Part shown: piece after piece, positions 1 through 8,867 of the stretch
Position numbering within the stretch: the first letter of the stretch is position 1
Layout: each line of letters opens with the position of its first letter
From: Cyanobacteria bacterium auto_48_18
GTDB taxonomy: Bacteria; Cyanobacteriota; Vampirovibrionia; Obscuribacterales; Obscuribacteraceae
DNA length: 64,000 nucleotides
Direction of reading: 5' to 3'
Assembly (NCBI GenBank): GCA_036170915.1
Contig: JAVHQC010000006.1
Span: 32,001-96,000, forward strand
Translations under genes and position numbers: made by a program
The notes under the pieces: model-generated
Told to the model about the DNA's origin: nothing
Database searches by the model: none
What the model saw: the letters and a program-made list of their open reading frames with translations, nothing else

Positions 1-1
1 A

Positions 2-589
2 ATGTCTGGTCAGACTGACGTAGCAGCAAAGAAAATTGAGCGCGATAAAGAAGTTGAGTCGATTCGCACAATCTATTCACACGAACAGATTCAAAATCGA
101 GTAGCCGAATTAGGCGCGCAAATTAGTCAAGATTATGCTGAACTGGAAAATCCGGTGGTAATCGGCGTAATGAAAGGGGCTTTTTGTTTTCTGGCTGACA
201 TAGTCAGACAGATTGTCACACCTGATCCACTGCAAATTGAATTTGTGCGGTTGGCCAGCTACGGTAGTGCCACAGAGAGTTCAGGCGCGGTGCAGACACC
301 ATATCTGGAGCTGCCAAATATTTCGCGTCGCAATATTATTGTGGTGGAAGATATCATTGATTCAGGCCGCACAGCCAAATTTTTCATGGACTATCTGCGC
401 GATCAGTTTAATCCCAATACTTTAAAGATTGCAGTATTTCTCGATAAGCCTTCCCGTCGAGTTGTACCAATTAATGCCGATTATGTAGGCTTCAGCATCG
501 AAGATTTGTTTGTCGTTGGTTACGGTTTAGACTATGCTGAAAAATATCGCGAGTTGCCTTACTTGGGCGAGTTGAAGTTAGCTAAATAA
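2..589 (+). CDS. hpt: Hypoxanthine phosphoribosyltransferase
   Basis: PRPP-binding motif IIVVEDIIDSGRT, GVMKGA, ASYG, FVVGYGLDYAEKYRELPY. Confidence 0.95.
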   Translation: MSGQTDVAAKKIERDKEVESIRTIYSHEQIQNRVAELGAQISQDYAELENPVVIGVMKGAFCFLADIVRQIVTPDPLQIEFVRLASYGSATESSGAVQTPYLELPNISRRNIIVVEDIIDSGRTAKFFMDYLRDQFNPNTLKIAVFLDKPSRRVVPINADYVGFSIEDLFVVGYGLDYAEKYRELPYLGELKLAK

Positions 590-607
590 CTTTGCATCGA
601 GGATCAA

Positions 608-1348
608 TTGTCAGACCAGCCCGATGAAATAAAAGAAGAGCCTGTCAAAGCTCCTGAAGACAACGAAACTGCATCAACCGATGCAGACATTGTGATCGCA
701 AATGATAAAGCGAAAATTCCAATTGATCCGCGCAGCAATTTGACCATTTTCGATCTTGCCGCTGGTGTGTTGATTTTGGCATTCTTGTCATTGTTTGCCA
801 TTAATTGCTTTGTTGCCCATCTGGCCTCTACTTACAATGAAGATATGTGCGGAGTGGCTATTGGCTTAGCAGGACAAGCAGCTACCGAGGGCAAAGATAC
901 TCTTGATGTTCGGCGCAGAGCCTTTGGTTTTATGGATAAATGCGGCCCTGGTGGATTTTTTGTGGAGCGGCCGGAACTTATAACTTTTTATGATGAGATC
1001 AAACCCGACTTCCGCCAGGTAACAATCGCTACGGCAACCAAAGTGCTGGTTCCTGCACCCTTTATTTGTGCCGATCGTAGCCGTTTTGAGAAAGATGGAA
1101 TGCATGTGATTTTCAAGCATGTTTATCAGTTTCAATTGAAAAATCCTAAAAATTGCAATTCGGGAAAAATCAAAATCAATCCCACTGGCAGAACATTTGA
1201 AATTAAGATGATTGACAATCCTATTCTCACCAAGCCTGTAGTAAACAAGAAAACCGATAAAGAGAAAACTGGCAAAGAGAAAACTGGCAAAGAGAAGACT
1301 GGCAAAGAGAAAAACCCTAAGCCAGCTTCTGGTTCTGGTGCCGGTTAA
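608..1348 (+). CDS. Membrane-anchored hypothetical protein, possibly a TadE-like pseudopilin; Lys-rich tail
   Basis: TTG start after GAGG; single hydrophobic helix followed by an amphipathic helix; convergent with cpaB; KEKTG repeats. Confidence 0.45.
   Translation: MSDQPDEIKEEPVKAPEDNETASTDADIVIANDKAKIPIDPRSNLTIFDLAAGVLILAFLSLFAINCFVAHLASTYNEDMCGVAIGLAGQAATEGKDTLDVRRRAFGFMDKCGPGGFFVERPELITFYDEIKPDFRQVTIATATKVLVPAPFICADRSRFEKDGMHVIFKHVYQFQLKNPKNCNSGKIKINPTGRTFEIKMIDNPILTKPVVNKKTDKEKTGKEKTGKEKTGKEKNPKPASGSGAG
1258..1312 (+). repeat. 15-bp in-frame tandem repeat (AAAGAGAARACTGGC x3+) encoding KEKTG
   Basis: Read directly from sequence. Confidence 0.9.
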
Positions 1349-1352
1349 TTAA

Positions 1353-2315
1353 TTAGTGAACAGCAGGCACTGAGACCACATCTTTTTTGGAACCTGTCCA
1401 CATTTCAATTTCATGGAGTGGTGGCGGTACTGGTGCTACATTTTCTGAGGATGGTCCACGACTAGAAATGAATTCTGGCAGTGGAAGTGGTGGTGGTGCA
1501 ATAGCGCTCAGCGGTAAACGGTCACCACCTGTGGTGGTCGCTGTTTCTTTGATTGCTCGCGGATAAAGAGCGGTAACATCAACTGTGGCCACTGGGGTGT
1601 GGTCACTGCCGTTGCGCAGAGACAGATAGAGCTTGCTGGCAGAGAGTGCTTTTACAAGCTTCTGTGTGTCTTCAGGGCTAACAGCAACTGTGACAGATCC
1701 TGCTGGAGTAGCAGCTTGACCTTTGGCCTGGCGTTCGAACATTTGTCCTACTGCCACCACTTGTACATCTGACAGAATTGGTGCAACTTTGGTGTCAACA
1801 CCGGTGCCTGCCATTGCCAATATATCAACGTGGCTGTCAGGAGCGATGAATCCGGCTACACCGGAATTGCTGTCTACAGCAAAGGTTACAGCCCGCATTC
1901 CAGGCTTGACATGCGATTCAAAACCGAGGCTGATGCCTTGTGGTGCAATGTCGCGGCTCGAAAGTATTTGCCCCTGACTGATGCCATATTTGGTGGTTCG
2001 GCCGATGGCAATTGCTGAGTTGGTCAACGCATCTTGAGGGGCTCGATTGAGCTCCACAACTTTTTCTTCCAGGGCCTCGGCTGTAATTTGTTGCCCTTCA
2101 GCAATATCTTTGACTACATACACCACTTTGGTTTTGGCCATATTGTGCGCTTCTGCCTCAGCCAGGCGCTTTTTCATTTCGTTGTTGCGAGTTTCTTCAT
2201 TGCTTGTGAAACTAAAGGTTAAAACCACTGCCAGACCCACAATCATCACCAGCATGATTGCCGGGGGTGTGCGGGAGAGCATCAGTAAAAGTGTGCGCAA
2301 AGGATTAGCGGTCAT
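1353..2315 (-). CDS. cpaB: Flp/Tad pilus assembly protein CpaB (SAF + RcpC domains)
   Basis: KDIAEGQQIT SAF region, PGMRAVTFAVD..GVAGFIAPDSHVDIL, ILSDVQVVAVGQ; start moved to ATG 2315 after AGGAGG. Confidence 0.9.
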   Translation of the reverse strand: MTANPLRTLLLMLSRTPPAIMLVMIVGLAVVLTFSFTSNEETRNNEMKKRLAEAEAHNMAKTKVVYVVKDIAEGQQITAEALEEKVVELNRAPQDALTNSAIAIGRTTKYGISQGQILSSRDIAPQGISLGFESHVKPGMRAVTFAVDSNSGVAGFIAPDSHVDILAMAGTGVDTKVAPILSDVQVVAVGQMFERQAKGQAATPAGSVTVAVSPEDTQKLVKALSASKLYLSLRNGSDHTPVATVDVTALYPRAIKETATTTGGDRLPLSAIAPPPLPLPEFISSRGPSSENVAPVPPPLHEIEMWTGSKKDVVSVPAVH

Positions 2316-2497
2316 TTGAAGACCTCCTGTGTTGACGGAAATTTGATATTTAGCCGGCCAACTGAGTTGCCCGCTCTCTTCATCTTGCCTGCTTGCACCT
2401 GAGGCGATAATAGGGAAAACCCTGAAATCGCAAATTGCCGTGTTACTTATAATTGCGCTACTCTTGTATGATGCTTTCCACGACTGAGGACTGTTGC

Positions 2498-3469
2498 ATG
2501 CTGCCACCTAAAGACGTGCCGGATGGACTTTCGGCTATGGAATATCAAAGATTGGCGATTCGCTATCAAATGCTCAAGTGGCCCAAGCAGATGGCTGCCA
2601 GCTCGCGCTATACCATGGCGGCAGCCGGTGACGCCGTGCCTGAAGAGACAAGACGAAAAGTCGGTGCGCTCATGGCCGCTCTTGAAATTACATTTACAGT
2701 TAATGATGCAGTCAACACTGTTAAAGGAACATTTGATGAGGCCGTGAGAATAGCTGGTTCTGAAGCTAGTAAAGTAATTGATCGCAATGCCACTCTCGCT
2801 AAAGCACGAAAGAGTGTCACCAATGCTTTTTCTCTAGCCAACGAATTGGCCTGTAGCGCTTTTAATAAAGTAGTGGAAGACGTAGTTTTGCCGCGCATTG
2901 GTTTGCCGGTGGACTATATGCCTGAAGGACTATCGGCGGCAGATTATTTAAAAATGGGATCGCGCTATGAGCAAATTGGTTTTGCTGAGCAGGCCCGCTC
3001 TGCTTTGCAAAAAGCCATTGCTCACGGTGGCGAAACTCAGGCGGCAAAACGTGCCAAAATTCGCCTGCGTACTCGTATTCCTAAAGACAAAGTTTCAAAC
3101 GATGCTACCCATCGCTATATTGATTCGCTTAAGTTATATTTGACGCAAGAATTGATTGATGCCAAAGCCAAGCTCGAACTTTTGATTAGAGAATACCCGC
3201 AGTTTGAATGGCCTTACATCCAGCTTGGGCACATATTGCTAACCGCAGGAGAGGTTGACCGTGCCTGCGATCTGGCATCAAAAGTGGTGCGACAAAATCC
3301 TAATATGATCAAGGGTTGGTTACTGCTTGCCACCATCGATATAATTTATTGGCAAATTCCAAAACTGGAAGAACACATCAAAAAAATCAGAGCCCTTGAT
3401 CCTGAAAGCCCTGAGTTGTCTACGTTTGAGCAGTTGCTTGAGCTGATTAATCAACAAGGCATGCGTTAG
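2498..3469 (+). CDS. TPR-repeat protein with internally duplicated PxGLSAxxY motif
   Basis: C-terminal TPR-like helices; GAGGA upstream of ATG 2498. Confidence 0.7.
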   Translation: MLPPKDVPDGLSAMEYQRLAIRYQMLKWPKQMAASSRYTMAAAGDAVPEETRRKVGALMAALEITFTVNDAVNTVKGTFDEAVRIAGSEASKVIDRNATLAKARKSVTNAFSLANELACSAFNKVVEDVVLPRIGLPVDYMPEGLSAADYLKMGSRYEQIGFAEQARSALQKAIAHGGETQAAKRAKIRLRTRIPKDKVSNDATHRYIDSLKLYLTQELIDAKAKLELLIREYPQFEWPYIQLGHILLTAGEVDRACDLASKVVRQNPNMIKGWLLLATIDIIYWQIPKLEEHIKKIRALDPESPELSTFEQLLELINQQGMR

Positions 3470-3502
3470 ATTTCGCTTTAACGATGGTCGTCGGATCGGT
3501 CG

Positions 3503-3542
3503 GTAGTTCAGTAGTTCAGTAGGTCAGTAGTTCAGTAGTTCA
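3503..3542. repeat. 8-bp tandem repeat (GTAGTTCA x5, one variant) flanked by GTCG units
   Basis: Read directly from intergenic sequence. Confidence 0.9.
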
Positions 3543-3564
3543 GTACGTCGGTCGGTATTCAATA

Positions 3565-4704
3565 ATGCGCATCAGTCGATTGCAGGTTTATGGGTACAGA
3601 TCAATTAAAAGTATTGATTTGAAACTGGATGCCCTCAACGTTATCGCTGGAGCCAACGGTACAGGCAAAAGCAATCTCTATAGATCGCTATACATTCTCT
3701 GGGCCGCGGCCAGTGGCCAACTGGCCCAGGTTCTAGCTCAAGAAGGTGGTATGACTTCTGCCCTCTGGGCAGGCAAGCGCAGTAAACTGGATGACGCAGT
3801 TTTTCGCATACAAGTCAAATTGGATGATCTCACTTATAAATTTGAGTGTGGCTGCGTGCCCGCATCTGCTCGCGGCTTTATGAGTTATCCCGGATGGTTT
3901 AGCAATGATCCGGATATTAAAAAGGAAGAAGTAACCACTGATTTTCGTGCTCGCAAAATTCATTTGCTCAAGCGCAAGCGCGGGGCAATATCAGCACGCA
4001 ATATGGACGGCAGGCCAATAGAGTACCCTCTTACCGGCAGCGGCTGCGAATCTGTTTTGTCTTGTCTGCGTGAACCACACTTGTTTCCTGACCTTTCAGT
4101 GTTGCGACAGGAAATTCTAGGCTGGCGATTTTATCATCATTTTCGCACCGACTTAGCTTCGCCTCTGCGTCGTGAACAAATTCCTGTATTCACCCCGGTT
4201 TTAAGTCATGATGGTCACGACTTGGCCTCAGCTCTGGCTAGTATTATGGCTGCTGAAGGCGAAGTCAATTTGAAAAAGCATTTAAATAATGCCTTTCCAG
4301 GCGCAGAACTAAGTATTGACATGGAACCACGCACGGTGGCATTCACTTTACAAATGCCGGGCTTAAACAGACCATTTAATGCTCGTGAGCTCTCTGACGG
4401 AACGTTGCAATATTTGTGTTTGCTTGCAGCCCTTCTTACAGAGCGGCCGCCTAACTTGCTCGTCTTAAACGAACCAGAAACCAGTATGCATCCTGATCTT
4501 TACGGGCCCCTGGCTGAGCTCCTCGTAGATGCGAGTAAACGCTGTCAAATAGTTATTACTACTCACGCCAGGGAGCTGGCCGCTACCATTGAAAAATTGA
4601 GCGGCAACAAAACAATTCATTTGGAGAAAGACGATGGTGCCACCAGTATTGTTGGTGCGCGCCCATTCGATTTTTATGATGATGACGAAGATGATGAAGA
4701 CTAG
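3565..4704 (+). CDS. ABC/SMC-like ATPase (COG4637 / AAA_21-like)
   Basis: Walker A GANGTGKS, signature LSDGT, Walker B variant VLNEPE, H-loop TTH; acidic tail. Confidence 0.9.
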   Translation: MRISRLQVYGYRSIKSIDLKLDALNVIAGANGTGKSNLYRSLYILWAAASGQLAQVLAQEGGMTSALWAGKRSKLDDAVFRIQVKLDDLTYKFECGCVPASARGFMSYPGWFSNDPDIKKEEVTTDFRARKIHLLKRKRGAISARNMDGRPIEYPLTGSGCESVLSCLREPHLFPDLSVLRQEILGWRFYHHFRTDLASPLRREQIPVFTPVLSHDGHDLASALASIMAAEGEVNLKKHLNNAFPGAELSIDMEPRTVAFTLQMPGLNRPFNARELSDGTLQYLCLLAALLTERPPNLLVLNEPETSMHPDLYGPLAELLVDASKRCQIVITTHARELAATIEKLSGNKTIHLEKDDGATSIVGARPFDFYDDDEDDED

Positions 4705-4715
4705 AAGGCAATCTT

Positions 4716-5858
4716 GTGGCAATCACTGATTTCAAAATTCAAGGCTACCGATCGATTAAAGATCTCTGGCTCAGGCTGTTGCCCATTAACGTCATAGTGG
4801 GACAAAACGGGACAGGCAAGAGCAATTTGTACAGGGCTATGTATCTACTTGCCTGCGCCGCCAGAGGAGAATTTGCCGAAGCGTTGGCTGAAGAAGGTGG
4901 TATTGCATCGGCGCTATGGGCGGGCGATTGGAGTAAAAACGATGAGATTTGCCTTTCTCTTTCGATGCGTACAGATAGGTACGAATACAATCTGCAGTGC
5001 GGCCCTGCGGGCAAAGTTGTCAGACCTGAATATTTCCGAAAGGATCCGGTGATTAAGGCGGAAGACGTTTTTAAGATTGAAAACGGACGAAAGAAGCGTT
5101 TGCTTTCTCGTCGCTTGAGAGTTGTCTCTGCTCGAAACGCCGCTGGTAAAGAAGTAGAGTACAGCACCAAAATTGGTGACAATGAATCCGTCCTTTCCGC
5201 TCTCAAAGATCCAATCAATTTTCCTGAATTATTTGGTTTGCGGGAAGAAATACTGGGCTGGCGCTTCTATCATGGTTTTCGCAAGGATGTAAACTCACCT
5301 TTGCGACTACCGCAAATTGGCGTGATGACTGCGGCCTTGAGCCATGATGGTCACGATTTGGCCGCTGTGCTTGCCAGTATCATAGAAGCTGGAGATCGAG
5401 ACTGCTTGGAAGCAAGCATCGACGAGGCTTTTCCAGGTGCAAGCCTCGGCATTGCACAGACTAAAGCTGGTTTGGCGCTATCCTTTTCACAGCCCGGTTT
5501 GCTCAGACCACTCAATGGAACCGAACTTTCAGACGGCACATTGCAATACCTCTGCCTTCTTGCTGCCTTGCTCAGTCTGTCGGCACCATCAGTGATTGTA
5601 TTGAACGAACCAGAAACAAGTTTGCATCCAAATCTAATTGAGCCCCTGGCCAAGCTGATTACTAAATGCGCTATGGATACACAAATCTGGATCACAACTC
5701 ATTCGCGGGAGCTGGCGGATCGCATCATGGACTTAAGTGGATATGAATCGTTTGAACTAACGAAATCGGCTGGTCAAACAAAGCTCGTAGGCGTGGGCCT
5801 GGGGGGCTTTCGTGAAGATTCTGAAGATTCTGAAGACGACAAAGGTGTAGCGCAGTGA
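4716..5858 (+). CDS. ABC/SMC-like ATPase (COG4637 / AAA_21-like), tandem paralog
   Basis: GQNGTGKS, LSDGTLQYLCLLAALL identical to upstream copy, VLNEPE, TTHS; GTG start. Confidence 0.9.
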   Translation: MAITDFKIQGYRSIKDLWLRLLPINVIVGQNGTGKSNLYRAMYLLACAARGEFAEALAEEGGIASALWAGDWSKNDEICLSLSMRTDRYEYNLQCGPAGKVVRPEYFRKDPVIKAEDVFKIENGRKKRLLSRRLRVVSARNAAGKEVEYSTKIGDNESVLSALKDPINFPELFGLREEILGWRFYHGFRKDVNSPLRLPQIGVMTAALSHDGHDLAAVLASIIEAGDRDCLEASIDEAFPGASLGIAQTKAGLALSFSQPGLLRPLNGTELSDGTLQYLCLLAALLSLSAPSVIVLNEPETSLHPNLIEPLAKLITKCAMDTQIWITTHSRELADRIMDLSGYESFELTKSAGQTKLVGVGLGGFREDSEDSEDDKGVAQ

Positions 5859-7327
5859 ATTCACTTAATCGGCGAGAGTTCCTGGCGCTGGCCGGAGTTA
5901 CCCTAAGCAGTTTCCCCTGGCACGAAGCGCTGGCGAAGCGGCATGGAATACTAGTAAATGATGTGCATTCACAACTGAATGAGACTCAAGTGAGCGAGAT
6001 AGCTTATCCGCGAACAGTTGTCGACTTGCGTGGCATCGTTGACAGAACACGCAAAGCAAAGAAAGCGTTGTCTGTATGCGGCTCGCGTCACGCAGCTGGT
6101 GGTCAGCAATTTCTTAGTGACAGCGTACTTGTTGACACAACCAAGTTTGCACGGGTGCTCAACTTTGATAGTGACCTCGGTTTAATCACTGTTGAAAGCG
6201 GCATTCGCTGGGTGGAGTTGCAGGCCTGGATGGAGAGCCATCAATCGGATAGCGTTAAACTATGGGCTTTCAATCAAAAGCAAACCGGGCTTAGTGAACT
6301 GACCATTGGTGGCACTATTGGTGCCAATGCACATGGCCAGGGTCTTGCACTCAAGCCCTTCATCGGCGACATTGAGTCACTGCGTCTGCTCAACGCGGAA
6401 GGCGAGATTCTCAATTGCAGCAGAAATGAAAATGCCAGATTGTTCAGTCTGGTTGTGGGAGGTTATGGCCTTTTTGGGATAGTGCTTGATGTGACACTAA
6501 AGCTGGTGCCGCGGCAAAAAGTGCGCAGACTGGTAAGCATTATTCCAGTGAGTGAAATTGGCACCGCCCTGGATGCCGCGATCAAGCACGGATTTCGCTA
6601 TGGCCACTGCCAGCTCAATATAGATGAAACTTCGCCTGATTATCTAGCCAACGGCATATTTTGCAGCTATGAACCTGTAGATAATTCTACTGCCCTTGCC
6701 AGTACCGCTTATATTGCTGGTGAAAAATGGGTAGACATGCTGGAGCTGGCGCATAAAGACAAAGCCCAGGCTTTTAGTAATTATTCTAAGTTTTTTGCCA
6801 GCACCAATGGTTTTGTTAACTGGGCAGATGTCTGGCAGAATAGTTTCTACGCCGCCAATTATCATCAGATTGTCGATCAAAGATTGCTTGCTCCGGCTGC
6901 GAGCGAAGTGCTGAGTGAATTCTATGTGCCCATTGACCAGCTGCCGGTCTTCATTGCCAAAGCGCGTCAATATTTTATAAGTTTTGACATCAATATTATT
7001 TTCAGCACCGTCAGATTTATTCAAAAAGATGATGAAAGTTTTTTGCCTTGGGCCAGGAAAAATTATGCATGTGTGATTTTCAATTTGCATACCGTGCATT
7101 CGCAGATGCCCATAAAGAAAACCATGGATGCGCTTTCTTTTCTTACTGATTGCGCCATTGCCGCCTCGGGCAGCTTTTACCTGACATACCAGCACGTGGC
7201 AAACAAACAGCAAATTCTGTCCTGTTACCCCAGATTCGAAGAATTTTTAGCGGCCAAGCTAGAATTTGATTCTGCTGCGGTATTTCAAAGCGACTGGTAC
7301 CGTTGGCATTTGCAATTGTTTGCTTGA
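5855..7327 (+). CDS. Tat-exported FAD-binding oxidoreductase (VAO/PCMH type, sugar-lactone oxidase-like)
   Basis: NRREFL twin-arginine signal; GSRHAAGGQ, TIGGTIGANAHG, VGGYGLFGIV. Confidence 0.85.
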   Translation: MNSLNRREFLALAGVTLSSFPWHEALAKRHGILVNDVHSQLNETQVSEIAYPRTVVDLRGIVDRTRKAKKALSVCGSRHAAGGQQFLSDSVLVDTTKFARVLNFDSDLGLITVESGIRWVELQAWMESHQSDSVKLWAFNQKQTGLSELTIGGTIGANAHGQGLALKPFIGDIESLRLLNAEGEILNCSRNENARLFSLVVGGYGLFGIVLDVTLKLVPRQKVRRLVSIIPVSEIGTALDAAIKHGFRYGHCQLNIDETSPDYLANGIFCSYEPVDNSTALASTAYIAGEKWVDMLELAHKDKAQAFSNYSKFFASTNGFVNWADVWQNSFYAANYHQIVDQRLLAPAASEVLSEFYVPIDQLPVFIAKARQYFISFDINIIFSTVRFIQKDDESFLPWARKNYACVIFNLHTVHSQMPIKKTMDALSFLTDCAIAASGSFYLTYQHVANKQQILSCYPRFEEFLAAKLEFDSAAVFQSDWYRWHLQLFA

Positions 7328-7504
7328 CTCTTTCAAATACTAATTTTCTAGCGCGAATCCATTAGATTTGTTTCGAATTAATAGCATTCGCTCACACTTA
7401 TATACAGTGCTGGGAACAGTGAATAATCAATAGAAAATTCTTCTCCAGAACTTTGAACTTTTATTGGTCTTCCGACGTTTACATAAGAAACGGAGGAAAT
7501 ACTA

Positions 7505-8551
7505 ATGTTGGAACGTTTCGAAAATGACGGAGAAATTGAGAAAATTTGGCAGACAGTTTTGTCTATCGCACCAACCGATTCCGATGCTTTAGACATATTC
7601 TGTCAACACTGGAGCCAGAATGACCTTCTAAGATGTGGTTACTGTGGTAGTACTGATTTAAACCGTGCTCCAGGCGACCGTAGGTGTAAGTGTGACAACT
7701 GCGGTAAAAAAGTATGGGTCACTTCCGAGAAGCTTCTTGAACGTGCAGAACGCTTCCAGGCGTACCTGGCAGCAGCTCTAATTCGTGAAGCCGGCCTCTT
7801 TATCAGTGGAGCTGCATTTGCTCGGCTTACAGAAGTGCAGACTTCTACCGCTTACAACATATTGAGAAAGTTCAATATTGCGCTGGCTAATCAGTTACCA
7901 CAAGACGCAGAGGAAATTTCTGGAAGACTAATGAAACTGATAATCGCCAAGCGAACCTGCGAGACTCCCGCCCGGTTGCATCCATTCGCAGAGCAAGAAC
8001 TGATTGACGAGGAGATTTTTCAAAGTCGCTCTGAGCAAGATTGGGTCGCATCAGATTGTGCTCAGAACAAATCTGCTGAAGAGGAGCAGGATGATTTTGC
8101 ACGCAATACAGAATTGGTTCTGGGAGTGCTGTCGGCGGAAGTGGGAATGACGGCAGATGACGTTCAGTTGAAAACAGGTATTGCGATTGGAGTAGTCACT
8201 GGAAGTCTCTTTGTGCTTGAACTGAATGGCAAAGCTCGCAGGGTCCCAGGAGGTAAGTATTTCCTTTGTGTGGTATCGGCAGCAGATCAGTTTCAGGCCA
8301 GAGAAAATTCGCAGCTTGCAGAAAGTGTGAGGCTCGGGGCGATAAAATATCTGTCAGTCATTGGTGAGTACCTTCACCGTGTTGGTCGCAAAGGCCTTCA
8401 GCATCACCTTGCGGCAGTTTGGTGTGCTCTCGATCGGGCAACATGGGGGCCAGGCTCTCTGATCAGCCTGAGTGGAATGCATCCGCCAGTGCCTTATCGT
8501 CAGATGGTTGAGTATGTGTCGCCACCATACTTGAAAATTGTGATCTGTTAA
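7505..8551 (+). CDS. IS1595-transposase-derived DNA-binding protein (Zn ribbon + HTH + DprA-like winged helix; no recognisable DDE core)
   Basis: CGYC..CDNC ribbon, ISGAAFARLTEVQTSTAYNILRK HTH, SLFVLELNGKARRVPGGKY wing, YLHRVGRKGLQHHLA C-terminal motif; GGAGG RBS. Confidence 0.7.
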   Translation: MLERFENDGEIEKIWQTVLSIAPTDSDALDIFCQHWSQNDLLRCGYCGSTDLNRAPGDRRCKCDNCGKKVWVTSEKLLERAERFQAYLAAALIREAGLFISGAAFARLTEVQTSTAYNILRKFNIALANQLPQDAEEISGRLMKLIIAKRTCETPARLHPFAEQELIDEEIFQSRSEQDWVASDCAQNKSAEEEQDDFARNTELVLGVLSAEVGMTADDVQLKTGIAIGVVTGSLFVLELNGKARRVPGGKYFLCVVSAADQFQARENSQLAESVRLGAIKYLSVIGEYLHRVGRKGLQHHLAAVWCALDRATWGPGSLISLSGMHPPVPYRQMVEYVSPPYLKIVIC

Positions 8552-8576
8552 CTCTGGGATTTTTAGGTATTTCGAA

Positions 8577-8602
8577 TGGCGGATCGTGAGAGCGATTCGC
8601 TA
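8577..8602 (+). other. 11-bp stem with GAGA tetraloop downstream of the IS1595-derived gene
   Basis: TGGCGGATCGT-GAGA-GCGATTCGCTA; G-U pairs favour the + strand; no U-tract follows. Confidence 0.55.
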
Positions 8603-8695
8603 GTTGTGCTGCAATGCTTTAGCTTTCGGGAGTAAATTATTTTCTGAAGATTAATCTTGATGCTTGGAAAAGGGTTTTTGGCCTCTTTGTGATCG

Positions 8696-8786
8696 ATAAA
8701 AAGCTCGGACGATATCGTCTGAAGTTTTTTGTAAGTTTGAACGATATCGGTTAAACGTTGGGATCTTTGACCGATATCGGCGAAAG
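8696..8786. repeat. Three phased imperfect palindromes centred on CGATATCG
   Basis: Cores at 8710, 8742 and 8772; flanks such as GTTTGA..TTAAAC and CTTT..AAAG. Confidence 0.8.
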
Positions 8787-8867
8787 TTTTCCGAGGTAAC
8801 ACCGCCTGCCAGCCAACCCTGCAAACGCCCCGCCCACAGCCACCCGCAACCAGAAGCATCTAACCAA

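Noticed and set aside
2316..2507. Extended cpaB N-terminus
   Set aside because: The AGGAGG RBS supports ATG 2315, and the extension overlaps the divergent gene
6644..7213. Long antisense ORFs (also 18594-19172, 23445-23969, 57085-57675, 60852-61334)
   Set aside because: Shadows of well-supported genes on the opposite strand, with no motifs
8696..8786. Mini CRISPR array
   Set aside because: Only three degenerate units, spacers of about 8-10 nt, and no cas genes
7328..8866. Intact IS1595 element
   Set aside because: No convincing terminal inverted repeats, target duplication or DDE motif
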